Shown: piece after piece, positions 25,452 through 32,000 of the stretch
How the letters are laid out: the number at the start of each line of letters is the position of its first letter
Position numbering within the stretch: the first letter of the stretch is position 1
DNA from: Candidatus Electrothrix yaqonensis
GTDB taxonomy: Bacteria; Desulfobacterota; Desulfobulbia; Desulfobulbales; Desulfobulbaceae
Assembly (NCBI GenBank): GCA_047651235.1
Contig: CP178758.1
Location: forward strand, 1,650,001 to 1,682,000
Reading direction: 5' to 3'
DNA: 32,000 nt
Notes under the pieces: generated by a model
Database searches by the model: none
The model's input: the letters and a program-made list of their open reading frames with translations, nothing else
What the model was told of the DNA's origin: nothing
Translations under genes and position numbers: made by a program

Positions 25452-26033
25452 TCATACCGACTGATAATACCGCTGCCCGGCGCAGGCCCGGCAGATAATA
25501 CGGTCGTCCTGTTCCACATCGCGGTAATCCTGAACATGATCGCCGCACTGTTCGCATTGCACCCGGCGTTGCGGGCGACCCGGCATGTCGCAGTCCGGAA
25601 TGCTGACCTTGACCTCCTGCACCGTAAACAGCTCCTCCTCCGGCATGACCCTGTAGGCCGCAAGCTGCTGCTGGTACTTGTTCTCGATTTCCGGGCAGTA
25701 TTTTTTGGATAACTCGCGGGCTTCCTCCCGTGCTGTCACCCGGACTGCCTTGCCGGTTTCCAGATTGACAAAGGTGGCAGCCATAATGCCGAAGTCCATC
25801 CAGCGCATGGAGCGCTTGCCCAGACTGCAGCCGGTCACCGACTGGATGGCGTCCGTGGCGCAGCGGTCGATTTCCACCAGCACATACAGTTTTTTCCGGT
25901 CTGCTCCTTTGGGATCATCAATTCCGATATGGCGCAGGCCCAGCATGGACATGCGCACGCCGATGACCTGGCCGCCGCAGACATGCCCGTGAATCTTTGT
26001 TGAAACCTCCAGCAGTTCGTCAAAGGATTCCAT
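25452..26033 (-). CDS. FmdE-family protein with a C-terminal zinc ribbon
   Basis: HGHVCGGQVIGVRM and DRCATDAIQSVTGCSLGKR are typical of the FmdE/FwdE-like domain. The C-terminal CEQCGD...CRAC is the zinc ribbon. Confidence 0.85.
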   Translation of the reverse strand: MESFDELLEVSTKIHGHVCGGQVIGVRMSMLGLRHIGIDDPKGADRKKLYVLVEIDRCATDAIQSVTGCSLGKRSMRWMDFGIMAATFVNLETGKAVRVTAREEARELSKKYCPEIENKYQQQLAAYRVMPEEELFTVQEVKVSIPDCDMPGRPQRRVQCEQCGDHVQDYRDVEQDDRIICRACAGQRYYQSV

Positions 26034-26037
26034 CTTT

Positions 26038-26655
26038 TCAATCTCCTCTTTCCATTTCGTTCATTTCTTCGTCTATTTCTCTGTACGAGGCCAGCCTGGT
26101 GCGCAGCTCCGGGCAGCCCTGACCGGTCTTGGCAGAAAACAGCAGCCGGTCAGCCGGGGAGATATTCAGAGCCGTATCCAGGGCGGCAGCCTGTTTGTTC
26201 TGCTTGTTTCTGGAGAGCTTGTCCGCCTTGGTGTAGACCGGCAAGGCGCTCAGATTATTGTACCGCAGCCAATCTAACATCTCCCGGTCGGTCTGCTTGA
26301 GCTCATGGCGCAGATCAATAATCACCACCACGCAGACAAGGGTCTGCCGCTCCAGAAGATAGCCTGTGATGAGTTCTTCCCAGTCCGCACGCATCTTCCT
26401 GCCCACCTGGGCAAAGCCGTATCCGGGCAGGTCCACCAGAAACATTGTTTCTTTGATCTCAAAATAATTCAGGCTGCGGGTTTTTCCCGGTTTGGAACTG
26501 GTCTTGACCAGATTTTTCCGGTTCACCAGCTTGTTGATCAGGCTGGACTTGCCCACATTGGAACGACCGGCAAAGGCGATTTCCGGGTACAGCAGCTCCG
26601 GCAGCCGCTGCAGGCTGTAGACTGAATCAATGAAGGATACCTGATTAAAGTTCAT
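26038..26655 (-). CDS. engB: ribosome biogenesis GTP-binding protein YihA/YsxC
   Basis: G1 GRSNVGKSS, G3 DLPGYG, G4 TKADK. The size and order are typical of EngB. Confidence 0.93.
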   Translation of the reverse strand: MNFNQVSFIDSVYSLQRLPELLYPEIAFAGRSNVGKSSLINKLVNRKNLVKTSSKPGKTRSLNYFEIKETMFLVDLPGYGFAQVGRKMRADWEELITGYLLERQTLVCVVVIIDLRHELKQTDREMLDWLRYNNLSALPVYTKADKLSRNKQNKQAAALDTALNISPADRLLFSAKTGQGCPELRTRLASYREIDEEMNEMERGD

Positions 26656-26733
26656 AATTTTTATTCCGAAAGCCCGGATAGAATATATTGTCGAATTGAT
26701 TATTCATGAATTTCTGGAATCTAACGACCAAAT

Positions 26734-27204
26734 TTACCGATCAGGAACGCTGGTCAGTCCCATTTCCATACGCCCGGCAGCAAGATCAACAGCTGTTTGA
26801 GTAAACAATCTTTTCGGATCCGGACGGATTCCAACTCTTCCCAAATCCAGTCTGTCAGAGTCCCAACAAGCTTTGATGGTCAGGTCATCTGTTGCGACTT
26901 CATACGTGTGATAGCGGCAGGCAAACATCAATCTCTCGATATCAGCCTCTTCAAGTTTCAACAGATTTTTGGGGAATGTCTGAATATACTTTGCGGCTCT
27001 CGGCCCATGCTCCGGGTCAGTACCATCTGAAAGTCTCCTGCAGTCATGAAAGTATGCAAACAGCCCAAGTATATGTTCATTTACCTCTTCATGTGCTGCG
27101 ATAAAGCGGGCATATTCTGCGACCCGCTCCCAATGTCCATATCCATGCAGAGAATATGGCCGAACTGTTGTTTCATTCTTGATTTTTTGAATAAGTTCTT
27201 TCAT
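26734..27204 (-). CDS. HD-superfamily domain protein (putative metal-dependent phosphohydrolase)
   Basis: It has HGYGHWERV...FHDCRR...DPEHGPRAA...CWDSDRLDLGRVG (an H...HD...D pattern). AT-richer than engB and hisG. The precise family is not recognised. Confidence 0.65.
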   Translation of the reverse strand: MKELIQKIKNETTVRPYSLHGYGHWERVAEYARFIAAHEEVNEHILGLFAYFHDCRRLSDGTDPEHGPRAAKYIQTFPKNLLKLEEADIERLMFACRYHTYEVATDDLTIKACWDSDRLDLGRVGIRPDPKRLFTQTAVDLAAGRMEMGLTSVPDR

Positions 27205-27230
27205 ATTCTATCTGGGGCTAACGCAGGCAT

Positions 27231-27292
27231 CAGCGGTTCCGGCAGCCGCTGCAGGCTGTATACTGAATCTATAAAGGATACCTGGTTGACAT
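27231..27292 (-). pseudogene. decayed second copy of the engB 5' end
   Basis: By hand alignment it is ~52/60 identical to 26590-26649, including a 23-nt identical run TCCGGCAGCCGCTGCAGGCTGTA. It translates as VNQVSFIDSVYSLQRLPEPL against EngB's FNQVSFIDSVYSLQRLPELL. It has no in-frame ATG. Confidence 0.8.
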
Positions 27293-27406
27293 AGTTTCTT
27301 TGTGAAAAGAAATGACTGAGTGTTTTGCATAACGCAAGGGTCTGCTGCGCCGGGCCGGCCATCAGAGCAAAGCGGCGGCGGTACGGCGTCAGCCAGAACC
27401 CATTTT

Positions 27407-27904
27407 TTATGTGCTATCTTCTTGAGACATCGCGTTCTTGATGCTTCCCGCGAGTTTGTCCGGACTGTAAGATGCCCTCGCGCGAACTCGCAGGATCGGG
27501 AGACCAGCTGCAGCCAATGCATCATCAACGAATGCGTCACGGGCCTGACGACTCTTCCTGTCATGGGATGAATCATCAAGTTCTATTGCAAGCACAGGAC
27601 GGATTGGCCCCGGTTCGCACAGAACGAAATCGATGTGCTTCGACTGGATTCGGTTGAAAAAGGACTGGCGATTCTCAGTGCCTTTCTTGATGTAGAGCAG
27701 ATCTGCAAGGCGAATCTTGGCGAATATGAGCAGCTCAGAGCCGACGGCTTGCTGTAGTACGCCGAAGAATGATCGCTCTGCTCGGCTAAAAAGGTAGTCT
27801 TTGCGAGCATAAGGCAACTTTTTCTTAGCGGGTGCTTTGACTCCGAACAGTTTGAGGAGTATCCCGAGACAACCCGGCGGTTCGTTCTTGGCGGTCTGAT
27901 TCAT
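27407..27904 (-). CDS. DUF2726 domain protein (PD-(D/E)XK-clan nuclease-like)
   Basis: The sequence is FSRAERSFFGVLQQAVG...IFAKIRLADLL...NRIQSKHIDFVLCE...LAIELDDSSHDR...RDAFVDDALAAAGLPILRV. This is the typical DUF2726 pattern. Confidence 0.85.
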   Translation of the reverse strand: MNQTAKNEPPGCLGILLKLFGVKAPAKKKLPYARKDYLFSRAERSFFGVLQQAVGSELLIFAKIRLADLLYIKKGTENRQSFFNRIQSKHIDFVLCEPGPIRPVLAIELDDSSHDRKSRQARDAFVDDALAAAGLPILRVRARASYSPDKLAGSIKNAMSQEDST

Positions 27905-27928
27905 TTCATCTCCACATAACTATTCGGT

Positions 27929-28801
27929 TCAGATCACCTTGTTCAGAGAGTACTCGATAATCCCTTCAGCACCGAGCTTTTTCAGCTTGGGCACCAGATC
28001 TCGTACCTGATGTTCGGAGATCACGGTTTCCACGGAAAACCAGGGCTGCTTGTACAGCCGGGCCACGGTCGGTGCGGTGACGCTGGGCAGAATTTCGAGG
28101 ATCTTGTCAAACTGCTCCTCCGGCACGTTCATCTTCAGGCCGACGATCTTGTCCGCCCGCAGCGCTCCCTGCAGGAGCATGGCGATGTGGTCGATTTTTT
28201 CCCGTTTCCACGGATCAGCCATTGCCTGATGCCCGGCAATCAGCTGGGTGTTGGACTGCATCAGCTCGTGAATAACCCGCAGCCCGTGCGCCCGGATGGT
28301 GGCCTCGGTCTCGGTGACCTCGACAATGGCATCTGCCAGCCCGGACACAGCCTTGGCCTCGGTGGCGCCCCAGGAAAAGGAGATGTCCACCTGCAGGCCC
28401 TGTTCCTCAAAAAAATTACGGGTGACATTGACCAGCTCGGTGGCAATCCGCTTGCCGTCCAGCTGCTCTACAGTGGTGATCTCTGAGTCACCGGGCACGG
28501 CAATCACCCACCTGGTCGGGCGTTTGCTGACCTTGGAATAGACCAGATCCTCAATCACCTCCACGTCCGAGCCGTTTTCCAGGGTCCAGTCCTTGCCCGT
28601 AATTCCAGCATCCAGCATACCATCCTCAACATAGCGGGACATCTCCTGCGGACGGCAGATGTAGACGGACAGCTCCGGATCATCCACCTCGGGAAAATAA
28701 TTCCTGGCCGCCATTTTAATCTTCCAGCCGGATTTTTCAAACAGTTCAATGGTGGCCTTCTCCAGGCTGCCTTTGGGGATTCCTATCTTTAATATACTCA
28801 T
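27929..28801 (-). CDS. hisG: ATP phosphoribosyltransferase, long form
   Basis: 290 aa with a C-terminal regulatory domain. The beginning (LKIGIPKGSLEK) and the catalytic region are typical. Confidence 0.92.
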   Translation of the reverse strand: MSILKIGIPKGSLEKATIELFEKSGWKIKMAARNYFPEVDDPELSVYICRPQEMSRYVEDGMLDAGITGKDWTLENGSDVEVIEDLVYSKVSKRPTRWVIAVPGDSEITTVEQLDGKRIATELVNVTRNFFEEQGLQVDISFSWGATEAKAVSGLADAIVEVTETEATIRAHGLRVIHELMQSNTQLIAGHQAMADPWKREKIDHIAMLLQGALRADKIVGLKMNVPEEQFDKILEILPSVTAPTVARLYKQPWFSVETVISEHQVRDLVPKLKKLGAEGIIEYSLNKVI

Positions 28802-28869
28802 TTATTACCTCAATAGTTACGCTATATTCTCATCGTAAGGGCGAAAGAATTTTCGCCCTTGCATTATCA

Positions 28870-29247
28870 TCATCCATACACCTCAGCCGGATCAAAGACC
28901 TGTTCGCCCACGGTCTCCAGTTCGTCGCCGTTCACCCGGCGAAAAAAACAGCTTTTATAGCCCTTGTGGCAGGCTGCACCGCCGAGCTGCTCCACCTTGA
29001 AGACCACCGTGTCCAGGTCGCAGTCCACCAGAATCTCCTTAACCATCTGGACATGACCGGAGGACTCACCCTTGAGCCAGAGCTTGCTCCGCGAGCGGCT
29101 CCAATAATGGACCTTGCCGATTTCCAGGGTTTTCTGCCAGGATTCTTCGTTGATATAGGCCAGCATCAGCACTTCGCCGCTGGCCGCGTCCTGCGCAATA
29201 GCGGGCAGGAGACCGTCGGTTGATTTGGTGAAATTGAGTTCGATCAT
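28870..29247 (-). CDS. hisI: phosphoribosyl-AMP cyclohydrolase
   Basis: The sequence is LLPAIAQD...[13 protein letters not shown]...YWSRSR..LW.KGESSGH...DCD.D. This is the monofunctional HisI pattern. Confidence 0.92.
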   Translation of the reverse strand: MIELNFTKSTDGLLPAIAQDAASGEVLMLAYINEESWQKTLEIGKVHYWSRSRSKLWLKGESSGHVQMVKEILVDCDLDTVVFKVEQLGGAACHKGYKSCFFRRVNGDELETVGEQVFDPAEVYG

Positions 29248-29351
29248 TTTTTTTATAGATTGTGATTGTGTGATTGGAAATAACGATGCTGTTTGCTGCT
29301 CAGCAGAAACTTCTGAAAAAGGTCGGCTGCACTTGGCTGCCCTGTCGGTAT

Positions 29352-30245
29352 TTATTCCTGTTCCAGCAGGCGGGCAATACTTTCTTTGGATAATCCCGTG
29401 CCTGCAGCAATAATTTCAGGATCAATGTTCTGTGCAAGTAAGTTTCGAGCAATCGAAAGCCTCTCTTCCTGTTTTCCTTCCTTCAGTCCTTCCTTCAGTC
29501 CCTCCTGTTTTCCTTCCTGCAAGCCTTGTTCTCTCCCGTCCTTTTTTGCTTTTTCCAGCGAGCCTTTCTGTAGCCAGATAAAATCTCTGCGCTTGAACTG
29601 CACTTCCAGCTCTTCCTCACTGAGCAAGGCCGTATTGGCGATATCAAAGGCATCCAGCAGGTTCGGTTCGGTGAAAGAGCGGGGAATGAAATCAAGTTCA
29701 CCGGCGTTTTTGATAAAATAAATCCATTTATCCGTCACCGAGCGCAGTTCGTCCTCGCTTTTGGTAAACTTCGGCAGCTCGATAAAAACAAGCTCAATGT
29801 CACCGCTGTACTGAACAAAGCTGTCCTTTTCCCGCAGGTTCCAGTAGGAAATCACCCGGTCGAATTCATGAAACATCTCAAAATCGGTGATGGTCAGGGC
29901 GATGACCGGCTCCAGGGTCGCATACTTCTCTGATTTCTTCAGCTGGGTGGAATACAGCTTGGCCGCATTATACAGCACACGCTTTTCAAAACCTTCCACA
30001 TTGAGTACCTGCATCTCAATGATGACCTTGCGGTGGTCGGACAGGACAGCCTTGACATCCACATAGCTGTCTTTCATGCCTTTGAGCAGGGGCACCTGAT
30101 AGGGATCAACAATGGTGAGATCCGTGATTCCGGCGTCCCCGAAGTCAATGACCGCGTTGAGGAAATCAATCAGGATCGCCTTGGACTGCTCGCTGCCGAA
30201 GACTCGCTTAAAGGCGAAGTCAGTTTTAACATCTAGGAAGTCCAT
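29352..30245 (-). CDS. Rpn-family recombination-promoting nuclease / putative transposase (PDDEXK_2, TIGR01784-like), intact
   Basis: It has the canonical start [22 protein letters not shown], the core DVKAV...IIEMQ, IELPKF, and a C-terminal EG-repeat region ([21 protein letters not shown]) before the terminal helix. Confidence 0.9.
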   Translation of the reverse strand: MDFLDVKTDFAFKRVFGSEQSKAILIDFLNAVIDFGDAGITDLTIVDPYQVPLLKGMKDSYVDVKAVLSDHRKVIIEMQVLNVEGFEKRVLYNAAKLYSTQLKKSEKYATLEPVIALTITDFEMFHEFDRVISYWNLREKDSFVQYSGDIELVFIELPKFTKSEDELRSVTDKWIYFIKNAGELDFIPRSFTEPNLLDAFDIANTALLSEEELEVQFKRRDFIWLQKGSLEKAKKDGREQGLQEGKQEGLKEGLKEGKQEERLSIARNLLAQNIDPEIIAAGTGLSKESIARLLEQE

Positions 30246-30247
30246 GA

Positions 30248-30442
30248 CTATCTTAATGAAAGGAGCTTCCTGAGTGTGATAGTATCTGTTTCATTTTTCA
30301 TATATTTTTCAAACGGGATAGCTTCTTCGCCTCTTGTGGCTCTCAGCAGCTTGAGATCATCCATATCTTCTTTTGAGACGATTTCCAACCCATCTTTTTC
30401 GACCAGCTTTTCGTTGCTGATATTAATAGTTATGGAGTGCAT
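30248..30442 (-). CDS. hypothetical 64-aa protein translationally abutting the Rpn gene
   Basis: The stop TAG lies 2 nt before the Rpn ATG. The protein is acidic and small, and the gene is AT-rich. No family recognised. Confidence 0.45.
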   Translation of the reverse strand: MHSITINISNEKLVEKDGLEIVSKEDMDDLKLLRATRGEEAIPFEKYMKNETDTITLRKLLSLR

Positions 30443-30575
30443 ACTTGTTTACCTCGTATTCTTCTGGCTCCCAAACTCCAGCTTGGGAGCACGTATTTCT
30501 GAAGCTTTGCTTCTTGTTTGAAGCGGAGCTTCACGGTGTCTGTGCGCAAGCAGAGCTTGGGTGCCAGCTGTAAAA

Positions 30576-30645
30576 ATCTCCTTGGATTGTTCGCTGTCGA
30601 AGACCTGCCTGAAGGTAAAGTCAGTTTTAACATCAAGGAAGTCCA
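30576..30645 (-). pseudogene. 5' stub (about 23 codons) of a second Rpn paralog
   Basis: It encodes [23 protein letters not shown]. By hand alignment the repeat 30576-30649 is 62/74 nt identical to 30175-30248 (this includes 4 nt beyond the stub ATG at 30645). Homology stops abruptly at 30576. Confidence 0.8.
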
Positions 30646-30663
30646 TGAGATCTGGAGTATCAC

Positions 30664-31707
30664 TCACCAATCTACTGGTTTTATAGATTCAAATTTATTA
30701 CTGACCCATAATCTTGCTTTATCAGGTAATTGCCCTCCAATGCCATTCTCTTCAGAGACCTGTTCCCATACCAACACATGATATGCCGCTGGTTTGTCCT
30801 GGAGTTGTTTTTTTATATCTGACAAGTATAATTTTGCTAATTGCATGATTTGGTTATCATACTTAGAGGTAAGTCCGCATGAGGGCTTTGCTTTTGGAGT
30901 TCCGTTTGCAATTATTCGCTCTATTAACTCAGTTTTCGAGCCAGATTTTTTTATACTATGTTTACCGCAGATTTCTCGTAATTCCTTAACGGTGAGGGAT
31001 TCAAAATATAGACTTTGGGTTTCATTAGTTTCGGGAAGTTGTTTTAACAACCCAATCTTAACCAACTGATGATGGATAGATTTAGTCATTGGCCATTGTA
31101 GAGCTGCTTGTTCTTCTTTCATCCATCGAACTTCCTCGTGAAATGGTAGCCATCCTGCTGGAGGTTTCTTAACACCAAGTTTCTTTAAAGTTGATGGTTT
31201 AAGCATTATATCAAACTCTTCAACTTCTATATCAAGAGCGTTAGGATCAAGGTCATTGTCAAAATCTTCTTGGCAGTATGATTTCTTGTCGTAAGCCATC
31301 TCTAAAAAATCATTTCTATAGTCCGTGAGATCTGTTATTCGGACTAAAGTTTCTTCAGTATATGGAAAGACAGGAAATTGAAATCCACTTGATGCGACTA
31401 CTGGTTTCCTTGTTTTTAATGGCTTGTTCTTTACTTCATTTTTTCTTTCAATGGCTTCCGAAATAAGAACGGACATCATTCTTAATGAAGGTTCATTCGG
31501 GATGATTATTCCTAAATCATTGGCAAAGTCAATTTGTTTTTGAGTCGCTGGTTCTTGTGGCAATTCTATTATTTCTTCGGGAGTTGTTCCGTCTGCTAAT
31601 GCTTTCTGGATAGCTTCCTCTTTACTAAAAACTGAATAAATTTTTTTTCTTTTTCTGCCTGTCTTCGTCCCAACACCTTGTATCTCAAAGTCTATTAATA
31701 TCTTCAT
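30664..31707 (-). CDS. hypothetical protein with a SAP DNA-binding motif
   Basis: LTVKELREICGKHSIKKSGSKTELIERII fits the SAP helix-extended-helix motif. The N-terminal PATQKQIDFANDLGIIIP is another helix-hairpin-like module. The gene is strongly AT-rich. The rest is unrecognised. Confidence 0.65.
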   Translation of the reverse strand: MKILIDFEIQGVGTKTGRKRKKIYSVFSKEEAIQKALADGTTPEEIIELPQEPATQKQIDFANDLGIIIPNEPSLRMMSVLISEAIERKNEVKNKPLKTRKPVVASSGFQFPVFPYTEETLVRITDLTDYRNDFLEMAYDKKSYCQEDFDNDLDPNALDIEVEEFDIMLKPSTLKKLGVKKPPAGWLPFHEEVRWMKEEQAALQWPMTKSIHHQLVKIGLLKQLPETNETQSLYFESLTVKELREICGKHSIKKSGSKTELIERIIANGTPKAKPSCGLTSKYDNQIMQLAKLYLSDIKKQLQDKPAAYHVLVWEQVSEENGIGGQLPDKARLWVSNKFESIKPVDW

Positions 31708-31857
31708 AACGTTGTATGCTAGTTAGAGATAAACCCCAAAAATTGAGGAGAACTTAGCTCTCCCCAAACATTTCCTCTGAAAAATCAGACTATGATCTTA
31801 TCGTCCCGCAAGAGGCTCACGATATAGCCCGGTGATTCATCTCCGGGCCGGGAGACA

Positions 31858-32000
31858 TTATAACGCAGCCTTCCCCAACTGAAGCAACCGCGCCTGCACA
31901 CTGTCCAGCACCGAATCCCGGATAAACGCGCTTGCCCCGATAATCTCAATACCAATCAACTCCCCGGCGGCATTCACCTCCGCCGTGATATTCGGACTGA
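31858..32000 (-). CDS. DUF2283-like protein, C-terminal part (runs off the window)
   Basis: My manual translation of the minus strand gives ...SPNITAEVNAAGELIGIEIIGASAFIRDSVLDSVQARLLQLGKAAL*. The GIEI..AS pattern is typical of DUF2283. It is absent from the ORF track because its start lies outside the window. Confidence 0.45.
   Translation of the reverse strand, partial: SPNITAEVNAAGELIGIEIIGASAFIRDSVLDSVQARLLQLGKAAL

Noticed and set aside
25250-25663. The full 137-aa version of the minus-strand ORF.
   Set aside because: Its N-terminal two-thirds overlaps the well-supported fmdE gene in another frame. Only the non-overlapping 58-aa tail is listed, at low confidence.
26719-26725. ATCTAAC heptamer (identical to the attC4 R'' box) just downstream of the HD-domain gene, suggesting another attC.
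   Set aside because: No complementary arm, GTT partner box or hairpin could be found in 26656-26733. A single 7-mer match is expected by chance.
28837-28860. A perfect 10-bp palindromic hairpin AAGGGCGAAA-GAAT-TTTCGCCCTT between hisI and hisG.
   Set aside because: No T-run follows on either strand, so it is not a convincing intrinsic terminator. It may be an mRNA stability or processing element, but nothing in the sequence discriminates between these.
29465-29525. Short tandem repeats (TTCCTTCAGTCC-type) that superficially resemble a repeat array.
   Set aside because: They are in frame within the Rpn gene and encode the EG-rich repeat ([21 protein letters not shown]) typical of this family's C-terminal region. 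This is not a CRISPR array or satellite.

Overview
This is a GC-rich chromosomal segment from a Gram-negative bacterium, possibly Desulfobacterota-like (my inference from gene content only). The housekeeping backbone comprises a MacAB-type tripartite efflux operon, an EamA transporter, tRNA-Asn followed by asnS, manC, a class-GN sortase with its VIT/vWA target, a TVP38 protein, an ion-transporter-superfamily permease, leuCD, fmdE, engB and hisGI. Several visibly AT-richer accessory insertions interrupt it. (1) At 18.1-21.5 kb there is an integron-type cassette array with no integrase in the window (CALIN-like). It holds four co-oriented cassettes delimited by attC-type sites, and each cassette's first bases are the exact complement of its own R'' box. 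The cassettes encode a split membrane protein, a HEPN-like Rx4H protein, a DUF2938-like membrane protein and an SDR. (2) An orphan Tae4 amidase effector / Tai4-like immunity pair, plus a Cys-rich secreted protein, sits with no T6SS genes nearby. (3) There are three Rpn (PD-(D/E)XK, PDDEXK_2) sequences: a chimera with a foreign N-terminus chained into the efflux operon, an intact copy preceded by a 64-aa ORF, and a decayed 5' stub of a further paralog. (4) The engB 5' end is present twice and brackets a single HD-domain gene, with the differences mostly at synonymous sites. (5) A frameshifted, 3'-truncated IS630-family element is fused in frame to a 5'-truncated glycosyltransferase, followed by a MITE-like derivative. 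(6) asnS is frame-disrupted directly downstream of tRNA-Asn. No CRISPR array, rRNA or prophage structural genes were seen. All family assignments come from my reading of the translated ORFs; no database search was run.
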